DNA from: a virus
Length of the DNA stretch: 64,000 nucleotides
Direction: 5' to 3' (one strand)
IMG/VR virus record: IMGVR_UViG_3300006051_000001
Coordinates: 22,982 to 86,981 of that record
Shown here: positions 48,078 to 56,703 of the stretch, in pieces
How the letters are laid out: each line of letters begins with the position of its first letter
Numbering within the stretch: the stretch's first letter is position 1
Notes under the pieces: model-generated
Database searches by the model: none
What the model was told of the DNA's origin: nothing
Seen by the model: only the letters and a program-made list of their open reading frames with translations
Program-made: the position numbers and the translations under genes

Positions 48078-48428
48078 ATGCTCGATATCATCTTCACTAT
48101 CCCAGCTGTAATCATGTTCATGATCATCACCATGGTGGCCGGCTACATCATCGGTAAACTGAAACCAGAAGAACGCTGGGAAGAAGTTGCCATGGCTTTC
48201 TTCACTCTCGGTGACTGGGGCTTCAAGACCACCTTCGCTCGCCGCATGATGCTTCTGTTAAACATCGTAATCGCAGCCGTCTGGATCTACTACATCGACA
48301 CTCCAGTCTTCGTAGCTTTCTGCATGAGTATCATCATCGGTTCCTACATCGGCGCCTACATCTTGAACACCCGTTGCGACATCCCATACCCAGACCGTGA
48401 CGCTCTGAAAATGATGTTCGTCAAGTAA
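48078..48428 (+). CDS. Small multi-pass membrane protein
   Basis: GGAGG SD; three hydrophobic segments. Confidence 0.7.
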   Translation: MLDIIFTIPAVIMFMIITMVAGYIIGKLKPEERWEEVAMAFFTLGDWGFKTTFARRMMLLLNIVIAAVWIYYIDTPVFVAFCMSIIIGSYIGAYILNTRCDIPYPDRDALKMMFVK

Positions 48429-48441
48429 ATGTAACGATATG

Positions 48442-48482
48442 TGAGGGTGGCCTAGCCACCCTCATTGTTAATCTTTTTTTTT
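48442..48482 (+). terminator. Intrinsic terminator
   Basis: TGAGGGTGGC-CTA-GCCACCCTCA followed by a T-tract. Confidence 0.8.
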
Positions 48483-48496
48483 GGTCGAGGTGTGGG

Positions 48497-49537
48497 ATGC
48501 CTAGTAATAGTAAGAAGCAATATGATCTCATGAAGATCGCTTCGTATAACAAAGAGTTTGCAGAGAAACGCCACATCGATCAGGATGCTGCTCGGGAATG
48601 GCACAAGGCCGACAAGGAGATGGAGAAGAAGAATAAAGACTTCTACAAGAATCTCCCTGACCACGCCGAAGATTCGAAGAAGAAACCGAAGAAGAAGCGT
48701 ACCAGCCAACGTCGTAAACGTGAGAAGGGCGAAGCTCACGAGAAGGCTAGCGATGCTTCGATGGAAGGCGTTGTATCGTCTATCTTGGATCTGTTCAAGT
48801 CCAGTAAGACTATCGACGACATTCCAGACAACGTCAGCGACGCTATGATCGAGAAGCTGTCTAACGATCCTAATGCATTGGCCGGTATGGAACTGCGTGA
48901 AGGTCCGATCGACGTGCGTGGCGCCAACACCCACTTCTATCTGAAGCATTGGTCGAACAACTGGCTGTCTGATGTCGAGACCCATGCCAAGCAGATCGAA
49001 GCCTTCTACAAGAAGTTCATCCCTGCGCGTGTAGCGTATGGCAATGCGCTTGAGAAGATCTATAAGCAATGCGAGAAGATGTCTCCTAAAGAAGCACTGG
49101 AGTACGCCAAGCCTCGCGTTGACATGGAGAAGATCAAGCTCGGCCGTATTGAGCTGCCTGACTTCCGTAACCTGGCTGTCGATGTCCGTTACTCTGGTCA
49201 TGGCGCTAAGCTGTCCCTCGGTAGCCCAGGCAAAGGTCCTGAAACCATGGGCGCTCTCAGCGAAGGCGCTATCCGTAAGATCGTTTCCATCCTGAGTATC
49301 CTTGTCCGTAGCCACGACTACGAAGAAGACGACTACGGCTGGAACCTCGACGATACGGATGAAGCGAAGTTCTGGATGCATCACTTCCCTGATGACGATC
49401 GTACTTGGGGTCAGATGCTTGGCCTGTTCCCATGCGCTGGTGACTGGTACGAGTTCTCGTACGATGACGTTCTGAACATGGTTGTCAACAAGATGTACCT
49501 CGGCTTGAAAGGCTTGGTCGTTAAGTCCGTCAAGTAA
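48497..49537 (+). CDS. Putative head protein with basic propeptide
   Basis: K/R-rich N-terminal ~90 aa ending in ASME-GVVSSILDLF (S-x-E site followed by an amphipathic helix). Confidence 0.55.
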   Translation: MPSNSKKQYDLMKIASYNKEFAEKRHIDQDAAREWHKADKEMEKKNKDFYKNLPDHAEDSKKKPKKKRTSQRRKREKGEAHEKASDASMEGVVSSILDLFKSSKTIDDIPDNVSDAMIEKLSNDPNALAGMELREGPIDVRGANTHFYLKHWSNNWLSDVETHAKQIEAFYKKFIPARVAYGNALEKIYKQCEKMSPKEALEYAKPRVDMEKIKLGRIELPDFRNLAVDVRYSGHGAKLSLGSPGKGPETMGALSEGAIRKIVSILSILVRSHDYEEDDYGWNLDDTDEAKFWMHHFPDDDRTWGQMLGLFPCAGDWYEFSYDDVLNMVVNKMYLGLKGLVVKSVK

Positions 49538-49566
49538 CATAAGCCCGGCTTCGGCCGGGCTCTATG
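49538..49566 (+). terminator. Hairpin of the CATA...TATG family
   Basis: CATAAGCCCGGC-TTCG-GCCGGGCTCTATG. Confidence 0.8.
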
Positions 49567-49636
49567 CCGTCAACTTATTTACAAGCATACATTACCGAAT
49601 TGTCACTTAACCATTAATCTAGATCGGAGTTACAGT

Positions 49637-50029
49637 ATGAAACCATTGAAACAAGCAACCTACTCTTCGCGTTCGGCTGATAAGTTCGTAGTTCGTCTTC
49701 CAGACGGCATGCGCGAAACTATCGCTGAGGTTGCAAGGGGTCACCACCGCAGCATGAACTCGGAAATCATTGCACGACTCCAGAAGTCGTTGATGGACGA
49801 AGGCATCGTACCTGTGGAAGAGGGTGAGTTGGAAGCATTGCCGCCTGAAGGTTGGATGCCGGGTACTGGTCAATTTGTTTATAAGATCGCTGGTGGTAAG
49901 AAGATCTACGGAACCATCAAGTCTATTTATATTAACGAGATGGGTGAGATGACAGCTAAGGTCACTAACGACCTGCTGGGTAACTTCACCGAATCGTTGA
50001 AGAAGCTACGTCCAGTCATCATGAAGTAA
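49637..50029 (+). CDS. amrZ: AmrZ/AlgZ-like Arc-family ribbon-helix-helix regulator with a non-host C-terminal domain
   Basis: [52 protein letters not shown] closely matches the recalled Pseudomonas AmrZ N-terminus. Confidence 0.9.
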   Translation: MKPLKQATYSSRSADKFVVRLPDGMRETIAEVARGHHRSMNSEIIARLQKSLMDEGIVPVEEGELEALPPEGWMPGTGQFVYKIAGGKKIYGTIKSIYINEMGEMTAKVTNDLLGNFTESLKKLRPVIMK

Positions 50030-50082
50030 TTCGTTACCGAGTGATCTCATGGTTTGTATTCCCCTATTAAGAGAATCGAACC

Positions 50083-50394
50083 ATGAGTCTTAAAGTCCGC
50101 GATTTCTTCACAACGAGTTGGATGTACCCGATCCCTGGCGTCAGCATCTGTTTCAAGGAACCCGAAGACCAGGTCGGTGAAGGTGAGTTGATTCCTACCC
50201 ACAAGGTTCATGTTTCTGTCAAGACGGCGGGAATGGCGGTCGACCTGGTAGGTAACGTTTACGTGGATTGGTCTGAAGAGCAATTCGCTCAGCGTGACGA
50301 CACTGCGTTCAAGGCTGTCGTTAAGCAGGTCATCACCAGCAAACTGGTTCCTTACGTTCAACTCACCGCTGATCCAGTCGTGGTGAAGATCTAA
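50083..50394 (+). CDS. Hypothetical protein
   Basis: 103 aa; followed by a hairpin at 50411-50428. Confidence 0.65.
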   Translation: MSLKVRDFFTTSWMYPIPGVSICFKEPEDQVGEGELIPTHKVHVSVKTAGMAVDLVGNVYVDWSEEQFAQRDDTAFKAVVKQVITSKLVPYVQLTADPVVVKI

Positions 50395-50410
50395 CAGCTG
50401 TAAACATGAC

Positions 50411-50446
50411 GCCCCACTTCGGTGGGGCTTTGTGTCCTTTCTTTTT
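50411..50446 (+). terminator. Intrinsic terminator
   Basis: GCCCCAC-TTCG-GTGGGGC followed by a T-rich tail. Confidence 0.85.
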
Positions 50447-50461
50447 ATTGAGGGTGGGGTT

Positions 50462-50917
50462 ATGTCAATCATCAATGTCCATGACGTCATGGAAACCAAA
50501 GACGGTGGAGTGATTCACCACGCAAGTTTTGTTATTGAATCGTCGGGTGGTCTTAATGAAGTCAGTATCCTCCCTGGGTTAACATTGACTCTCGATTCTC
50601 CGAACGATTCGCTTGATGGCGCTACTGTTTGCGGATGGGTCGTTGTCCAACTGAGTAAAGATTCTGTCTCTACGAAGATGGCGCGGGTCTACTTCATGCT
50701 GACGTCCCATTTCTACACCTGTTCCGAAACACGTTCGTTACTGAACGGGCCGTTCCTCGGCAAACTCATCGCCAACTATATCCAGAAGACCTACGGCGTA
50801 CAAGTCGGTCTTACTTACCTTACGGAAGACTGGAAGGTTGGTGGCCACATCTCAGCGCGCGGTGATTCCAATGGCCGTGGCGAATACCTTTACTACATTA
50901 GCAATCGTTGCAAATAG
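50462..50917 (+). CDS. Hypothetical protein
   Basis: GAGG SD; 151 aa. Confidence 0.7.
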   Translation: MSIINVHDVMETKDGGVIHHASFVIESSGGLNEVSILPGLTLTLDSPNDSLDGATVCGWVVVQLSKDSVSTKMARVYFMLTSHFYTCSETRSLLNGPFLGKLIANYIQKTYGVQVGLTYLTEDWKVGGHISARGDSNGRGEYLYYISNRCK

Positions 50918-50926
50918 GAGCTGTAC

Positions 50927-52579
50927 ATGTCTTTGAATGAAGTAGATCGTATCCAACACAACCTCTATCAAACACTGATGGAATCCGGTTACCTTAAAGG
51001 CGACCGTACTGGCGTGGGCACTCTCATGCTGCCTGGCCTTGTAATGGACTACGACATCAGCGACAAGAAGATCCCGCTGCCGTCGACCAAAGAAGTCTTC
51101 AACAAGTCGTGGGGCTGGGAGAACCTGATGTTCATCTCGGGTTCCAGCAACCTGAAGCTTCTGAAAGACAACAACGTCTCAATCTGGGACAACTGGTTCA
51201 TTCCGGGCACTGCCGTCTACGACGAACCGAAGCGTGTTGTGTATTCGCTCGATGAGCGTATTCAGGTGGCTGTTGATGCCGGTCATCGCGACATCATCAT
51301 CCAACACATCCTCGAGTACAAGAAGTTCAACGGCAGCATCGGCAGTTACGCGGTTGTTGTGCAGGATGCCGATGGCAATCTGGTCGAATACTTCAACCGC
51401 CCTAAAGCGTATCTCGATGCACTGTGGACCTTCCTCGGTAATCTCGGTATTCCTGAGTACAACGAGAACGGTGGTGGTAAGCCTGTCGGTATCCAGACTC
51501 GACTGAAGCGTGTTGCGAAGAACATGACCCTCTGCTGGCACGAGATCAACAAGATCGTCTTCAACTTCGGTGATGTAGTCGCCCTAGGTGATAAGCCGTA
51601 CAAGGTCGTCGTCTTCCACAAAGGTAAGTTTGTTGACGTCGAGATCAGTTCGACTAAAGTCACCGCTATCAACAAGATCATGGACAACTTCGATATTCCG
51701 AAGTACCCACTTCTGGAAGCTGATATCGGTCAAGGCAGCTACGGCGTGCAATGGCGCCGTTGGCAGGATACTCAGATCGTCAGCAGCGATCAGATCGACG
51801 AGTACGTCGCGCAAGGTTACGAGATCGCCGGTAACCTGACCTCTGATAGTGCGTGGGGTCGTGGGATGCCAGGACCTGTCAAGATGTATCACGTCATGCA
51901 CCGCGAGATCGACCAGTTGCAGAACTGCATCGACATGCTGCGCAAGAACCCTGACGATCGCCGTATGATCGTTAACGCATGGAACCCAGGTCGTACATGG
52001 CAAGCTGCTTTACCTCCATGCCATCTGTACTTCCAGTTCATCAGCTATCCGAAGAAAGCTGGCCAGATCCTCGATGACCTCGAGAAAGCTGGCATGCTGC
52101 AAAGTCTACGCCAAGCAATCAGCGAAGACTACGGCACTCACGTAATCGAGACTGTTCAGTCCTTCGAGAAGAAGTACGAAGAAGATGAAGAGTTCTACGG
52201 TTATGTGAAGCGTTTCTGCGAACACGCTGTAGTTGGCGTTAATCCACGCCTTATCTCGACGCTGATGGTAATGCGCAGCAACGACTACGCTTTGGGTATG
52301 CCGTTCAACGTAGCGCAGTATGCGGCCTTGACGCACATGGTTGCACACGTCACCGGCCATGACACTGACCGTCTGATCATTGTAGGTGGTGATTGCCACC
52401 TGTACGTGAATCAGCTGGAAGGTATCACCAAGCAGTTGGCTCGTGAGTCCAGCGAAGATAGTGATCCTCGGTTCATTATCAAACGCAAGATTGCCGAGAT
52501 TGATGACTTCACTTTCGAGGACTTCAAGATCGAGGGCTACAAACCTCAGCCAAACATCCCAATGCCTGTTGCGGTGTAA
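50927..52579 (+). CDS. thyA: Thymidylate synthase with large insertions
   Basis: DRTGVGT, YGVQWRRW, ALPPCHLYFQF, MRSND, PFN and GDCHLY motifs. Confidence 0.95.
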   Translation: MSLNEVDRIQHNLYQTLMESGYLKGDRTGVGTLMLPGLVMDYDISDKKIPLPSTKEVFNKSWGWENLMFISGSSNLKLLKDNNVSIWDNWFIPGTAVYDEPKRVVYSLDERIQVAVDAGHRDIIIQHILEYKKFNGSIGSYAVVVQDADGNLVEYFNRPKAYLDALWTFLGNLGIPEYNENGGGKPVGIQTRLKRVAKNMTLCWHEINKIVFNFGDVVALGDKPYKVVVFHKGKFVDVEISSTKVTAINKIMDNFDIPKYPLLEADIGQGSYGVQWRRWQDTQIVSSDQIDEYVAQGYEIAGNLTSDSAWGRGMPGPVKMYHVMHREIDQLQNCIDMLRKNPDDRRMIVNAWNPGRTWQAALPPCHLYFQFISYPKKAGQILDDLEKAGMLQSLRQAISEDYGTHVIETVQSFEKKYEEDEEFYGYVKRFCEHAVVGVNPRLISTLMVMRSNDYALGMPFNVAQYAALTHMVAHVTGHDTDRLIIVGGDCHLYVNQLEGITKQLARESSEDSDPRFIIKRKIAEIDDFTFEDFKIEGYKPQPNIPMPVAV

Positions 52580-52584
52580 CGGCC

Positions 52585-52962
52585 ATGATCCATTATCGTG
52601 AGTATTGGCCAGCGTTTATAGATATCGCTAGAGCGCCCATTGAGGGAGATGTTGAAACTCTCGATGACGTACTGGACATTGCTTTCATCAGGGAACGTAC
52701 GGTACGGGGTGAGGTCACCTGTAAGTACGCCTTGAGTCCACACGGCACTCATGGGCATTTGTTGCGCGAGTACAACAAGGATGAGTGGTGGGTATGCGCC
52801 ACTCTCTCGTCTGATGTAGATCTCGTTCCAACTGACAAGATCCCGCTCTGGGTAGCTCCTCCCAAGGTAACTATCCCGATCGAACCACCTAAGGAACTAG
52901 GACCTCCTGTTCCTCTGGATGATCTCTTCGCAAGCGGTGTCGTTAAACGGACCGTTCGTTGA
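52585..52962 (+). CDS. Hypothetical protein with Pro-rich C-terminus
   Basis: 125 aa. Confidence 0.65.
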   Translation: MIHYREYWPAFIDIARAPIEGDVETLDDVLDIAFIRERTVRGEVTCKYALSPHGTHGHLLREYNKDEWWVCATLSSDVDLVPTDKIPLWVAPPKVTIPIEPPKELGPPVPLDDLFASGVVKRTVR

Positions 52963-53153
52963 GCGGTAAGGCGCCGCATCCAATCGATGACCCTGAGATA
53001 AGGTTTAAAGCCAAACTCTTAGGGTTCACCGATGAAGCTCTCGAATCCATACGCGACTCACAACTGAAAGCCTGTCTAGCGTGCCAGTTAGTCGGGAAGA
53101 AGAAGTGTGTTCGCGTATGTCAAGCGATGCGGAATAGGAATGAACTCGAATGA
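52959..53153 (+). CDS. Small Cys-rich hypothetical protein
   Basis: CLAC...CVRVC; overlaps both neighbours. Confidence 0.55.
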   Translation: MSGKAPHPIDDPEIRFKAKLLGFTDEALESIRDSQLKACLACQLVGKKKCVRVCQAMRNRNELE

Positions 53154-53989
53154 ACCAACAACCGTTTACCCTTGACGGAATGGCTTTCTATAAACTCTGG
53201 AGAGAGAAACGCGATCAAGGCGCTCCATCGTACACACTCGACTCTATCACTAACTTCGCCCAACCAGGTAAGGTTGAGTATAAGCTAGACTACGAGAACC
53301 TAGAGAAACATAAAGCTGACTACAGCGCCTACCATGAAGCAGATGCTGAAATAACTGAACGTGCTGCTAGGTTCCGTGAAACAAACCCCAACGCAACATT
53401 CATCGAAGCACTCACCCATTTACTACCCGGAGTAAGATTCATGACCAAAGAAACATTTCAATCACCAAAACCAAAAGACATCATCGACCTGTCGGACGAG
53501 TTCCGGATGACCCTGATCCCAAACTCGGATGAAATCCCGGTGGCTCACGTAGCCACCATCACCACCATCGAAGAACTGTGCGAAGATCGTACAGATGTCC
53601 TGAACGTCTTCCCAGTTCAGGCTGCCTTCACTATCGACAAACGCCTTGACGGCGAGTGGGTTCAGTTGCAAGAAGCTGACTTCACGGAAACCATGTACGG
53701 CACCCTGAAACCGTTGATCGAAGCTGAGCATCGCCGTGGCTGTGAAGCTCACGGCACTGCGTTCGATCAGCGCATGACCCCTGAATACGTCCACGTCCCA
53801 ATCATCGGCCACCGCAAACATGCGGCTGAACTGATGGCGAGTCTGTCCAACAACCGTGGCAATGTCGGCGGTCACCTCAGCGTGCAGCTCGATCCAAACG
53901 ATCCAGATCCACTGATGTCCAAGAAGGCTCAGATCTTCACTGACGCGCCAATTGAACAAACCGAATACCCGGCGAAGCCAGCCGAGTAA
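53150..53989 (+). CDS. Chimeric protein: PolB exonuclease fragment, unknown domain, RNAP bridge-helix peptide
   Basis: Matches to 22882-23091 and 7430-7474 within this window; internal GGAG SD with in-frame ATG at 53441. Confidence 0.7.
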   Translation: MNQQPFTLDGMAFYKLWREKRDQGAPSYTLDSITNFAQPGKVEYKLDYENLEKHKADYSAYHEADAEITERAARFRETNPNATFIEALTHLLPGVRFMTKETFQSPKPKDIIDLSDEFRMTLIPNSDEIPVAHVATITTIEELCEDRTDVLNVFPVQAAFTIDKRLDGEWVQLQEADFTETMYGTLKPLIEAEHRRGCEAHGTAFDQRMTPEYVHVPIIGHRKHAAELMASLSNNRGNVGGHLSVQLDPNDPDPLMSKKAQIFTDAPIEQTEYPAKPAE

Positions 53990-54001
53990 TCACATCGAGT
54001 G

Positions 54002-54021
54002 CGCCGGGGAATTCCCCGGCG
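54002..54021 (+). terminator. GC hairpin
   Basis: CGCCGGGG-AATT-CCCCGGCG with a T-tract about 12 nt downstream. Confidence 0.65.
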
Positions 54022-54075
54022 TAACTATCAACCTTTTTTGCTTACCCTATAGAACCAATTTCTTATCGGAGCTTC

Positions 54076-54288
54076 ATGATGTTGCGAGCATTTCTCTTTG
54101 TTGTAATCGGCGCTGCTGCTGGAAGTGCCATTCAAGCCTCTATCCACAAACCTACTGTCCAACTTAATGACGCTGCCAAACGAATGGCTGACTGTGTTGA
54201 GAAGGACAGCGTCGGCGTTATCGGCCCTGCTGAACTGAACAACGTTTATAAGCTCTGCTGGAACCACGCCACAATAACCAAGCGATAA
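54076..54288 (+). CDS. Small exported or membrane-anchored protein
   Basis: N-terminal hydrophobic signal; two Cys. Confidence 0.65.
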   Translation: MMLRAFLFVVIGAAAGSAIQASIHKPTVQLNDAAKRMADCVEKDSVGVIGPAELNNVYKLCWNHATITKR

Positions 54289-54297
54289 GGATAACCC

Positions 54298-54909
54298 ATG
54301 CGTTACGGACAAGAACCACAAGTAATCGGCGAATTCCCTATCGACTTGGTTAAGGCTAAGGTCGAGATGTGTTTCGTGCAATATCTCCCGATTTTCATGC
54401 CGGGTATGGATCGCGTGTTCATCCCAAAGAACCTGAACTGGATTCGCCCACTGGTACGTCAGATTCCATGGGAAGAAGAGACGTCGTATGTCTACGTCTC
54501 AGTGAAACACCTGTTCGTTACTCCTGACAACATGGGTAACCGCCCAGGCTGGCATTCGGATGGCTTCGGCACAGATGACCTCAACTACATCTGGACTGAC
54601 CACTTCCCAACCGAGTTCTCCATTCAGGACTTCGAGCTGAGCGAAGATCACCACCTGTCTCTGATCGAACTGGAGCAGCAAGTTAAGCCTGAGAGTATCC
54701 GCACTTACGGCGAGAACAAGCTGGTGCGTCTGGATAAGTACAACATCCACCGCCCGCCGGTTCAGGACAAGTCTGGCTTCCGTACTTTCGTGAAGATCTC
54801 GGTCTCCAAAGAACGATACAACCTGCAAGGTAATGCTCACAACGACCTGATCGATTATGATTGGGAGATGAAGCCTCGTGACGCTATCCGCAATCCTACG
54901 TCGGCATGA
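54298..54909 (+). CDS. 2OG-Fe(II) dioxygenase-fold protein
   Basis: RPGWHSD (HxD), distal IHRPP His, RTFVKIS Arg. Confidence 0.7.
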   Translation: MRYGQEPQVIGEFPIDLVKAKVEMCFVQYLPIFMPGMDRVFIPKNLNWIRPLVRQIPWEEETSYVYVSVKHLFVTPDNMGNRPGWHSDGFGTDDLNYIWTDHFPTEFSIQDFELSEDHHLSLIELEQQVKPESIRTYGENKLVRLDKYNIHRPPVQDKSGFRTFVKISVSKERYNLQGNAHNDLIDYDWEMKPRDAIRNPTSA

Positions 54910-55136
54910 GTAAGACAGCTCAACGCAACCGCCAACTTTACCAGTACGGTTATAAGGTCGGACTCGGTAAAGAGAAGTTCAACTGGACTAGACGTTCCCG
55001 TAACGATGGGTGGGAAGCATTCGACCGCGGTAAGGCTGCTGGTAAGGCTGAGAGGCTACGTCGGCAGTTACTCAATGCTAATCCATGGCTTGACTTCAAG
55101 CGGTGGTTTAAGCGCATCCTACGTAAACTGTTTTAA
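54906..55136 (+). CDS. Small basic protein with C-terminal amphipathic helix
   Basis: Ends PWLDFKRWFKRILRKLF. Confidence 0.65.
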   Translation: MSKTAQRNRQLYQYGYKVGLGKEKFNWTRRSRNDGWEAFDRGKAAGKAERLRRQLLNANPWLDFKRWFKRILRKLF

Positions 55137-55139
55137 CAG

Positions 55140-55170
55140 CATACAGCCGGGGTCAATCCCCGGCTTTGTG
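55140..55170 (+). terminator. Hairpin of the CATA...TGTG family
   Basis: CATAC-AGCCGGGG-TCAAT-CCCCGGCT-TTGTG. Confidence 0.75.
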
Positions 55171-55184
55171 TCAGGAGAGTTCGC

Positions 55185-55295
55185 ATGAATAAGCTACAGA
55201 TCGTTCTGGCTGTTCCAGTCGGTATCGCAGTAGTGATGGGTATTGGTCACGCTGCAATCTGGGTACATGAAATGATCAGGGCGGGTTGGCTATGA
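55185..55295 (+). CDS. 36-aa membrane microprotein
   Basis: AGGAG SD; MNKLQIVLAVPVGIAVVMGIGHAAIWVHEMIRAGWL; ATGA-coupled to the next gene; absent from the ORF track. Confidence 0.7.
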   Translation: MNKLQIVLAVPVGIAVVMGIGHAAIWVHEMIRAGWL

Positions 55296-55567
55296 CCGCC
55301 GCTACAGAAGTCTGGACTAAACCAGAAGACCTCACTGACGCACAGAAGGCTATTAAAGTAGTCATGCGTTGGCGTTGTCTTGAGGTGCTTCCAGATGGAT
55401 GCATGAAGACTGTCGATGAGATCACCGGCGTCCTGTCTAACTTCACTCCTGCGATCATTACACTGCAAGGGTTGGAGATTGGTGATTCCGTAGAAGTACG
55501 GGAAGGTGCTACCCGTGACCTCGATGTGGTTATTCTTTACAAAAGCGGAGTGAAGTATGAGTCTTGA
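55292..55567 (+). CDS. Hypothetical protein
   Basis: 91 aa. Confidence 0.65.
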   Translation: MTAATEVWTKPEDLTDAQKAIKVVMRWRCLEVLPDGCMKTVDEITGVLSNFTPAIITLQGLEIGDSVEVREGATRDLDVVILYKSGVKYES

Positions 55568-55826
55568 CCTAGCGATCTATGACGGCAACGGTCTGGAAGA
55601 AGCCTGTTTCATCAATTTCACGAACGATGGGTTCCGAGAATTAATTACTCTCGGTCTTGGGCAGGTTCCTCACTGCATCACTAACGACGGCAGTCGTGCC
55701 ATAGACCTCCAGATCTTCCGCCCTAAGGTCGTGAGTATTCTGGAGCAGCGTAAGATCCAGCATCCACAAACCCGTGAAATGCTCCGGGCTATTGAGCAGT
55801 ATCGTTATCTGGCTATTAACCCGTAG
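55557..55826 (+). CDS. Hypothetical protein
   Basis: 89 aa; GGAG SD. Confidence 0.65.
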   Translation: MSLDLAIYDGNGLEEACFINFTNDGFRELITLGLGQVPHCITNDGSRAIDLQIFRPKVVSILEQRKIQHPQTREMLRAIEQYRYLAINP

Positions 55827-55836
55827 GAGGCTGTAA

Positions 55837-56634
55837 ATGCCGATCATAAAGAAACACGTAATTATCTTCGGCGATCTGGAAGAGTACATCAAGCACATCA
55901 ACCGGCCGATCGAAGAACATCTCGTACTCACGCCGTTGATTGATGCGGTGAAGAAGACTCACCCTCAGGTCGTTGAACGCTCGGCTGACCTCCTGGATTT
56001 CTTCAACACTATCGAAGAACCTGTCAGCATTACTCTTCTTGAGTTCTTCAAGGATAAGGCTGAGCTGATCCGGTCGATGGAGACTCGTGACGACTCTATC
56101 TTCGAAGACGATGAAGAGATGGAGAACCATTGGTTCGTCTACTCCATCGCTAAGCAGTTCTTCACCGTGGCTTATGACTCCAGCTCGCTGAACGACGTAC
56201 TCCGCTTCAAGCAGAGTCGTTTCCCAGCTACATGGGAGAGTGCTACTGTACCATTGCTGTTGAAGGATGGCTCTGTCGAAGAGATGTCGGAAGGCTTCGC
56301 AAACATGCTGGACATGCGGGCGTTGAGTTACAACATGTACCGTGAGGTCGACAAGCTCGCTGATACTGACGGTCGTGTCGAACTGCCGTACAAGTCGATC
56401 TTCGACATGCAGTGCATTAACGATGAGGCTCTCCACGCCGATCCAAACGTGAAGTTCACCATCATGGTCAATCCTAATTGGGTAGATCCGGTAAAGAAGC
56501 ATCGTGAGGAGCAAGAGAAGGAAGAGCTCCAACCGGTAGCACTTAGCGTTGACCGCGTTGATCAATACCTCGATGAGCTCAGCGATGCCCTAAGAGGCAT
56601 GGACCCAAAGACCACTACGGTCATTAAGTTCTAA
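55837..56634 (+). CDS. Hypothetical acidic protein
   Basis: 265 aa; AGGAGG SD. Confidence 0.75.
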   Translation: MPIIKKHVIIFGDLEEYIKHINRPIEEHLVLTPLIDAVKKTHPQVVERSADLLDFFNTIEEPVSITLLEFFKDKAELIRSMETRDDSIFEDDEEMENHWFVYSIAKQFFTVAYDSSSLNDVLRFKQSRFPATWESATVPLLLKDGSVEEMSEGFANMLDMRALSYNMYREVDKLADTDGRVELPYKSIFDMQCINDEALHADPNVKFTIMVNPNWVDPVKKHREEQEKEELQPVALSVDRVDQYLDELSDALRGMDPKTTTVIKF

Positions 56635-56703
56635 GTAAAAGAAACATAGGCACACATTACAAAAGAGACCAAGCACTTAACGCTGTTCATGGGGAAATCC
56701 ATC

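Noticed and set aside
11780-48482. Poly-T runs at 11780, 40443 and 48475 as slippage or phase-variation sites
   Set aside because: They are intergenic terminator U-tracts, unlike the in-frame run at 18040.
50927-52579. dCMP hydroxymethylase or base-modifying TS paralog
   Set aside because: It retains the dUMP-specifying Asn (PFN) and canonical ThyA motifs, and DHFR is also in the window.
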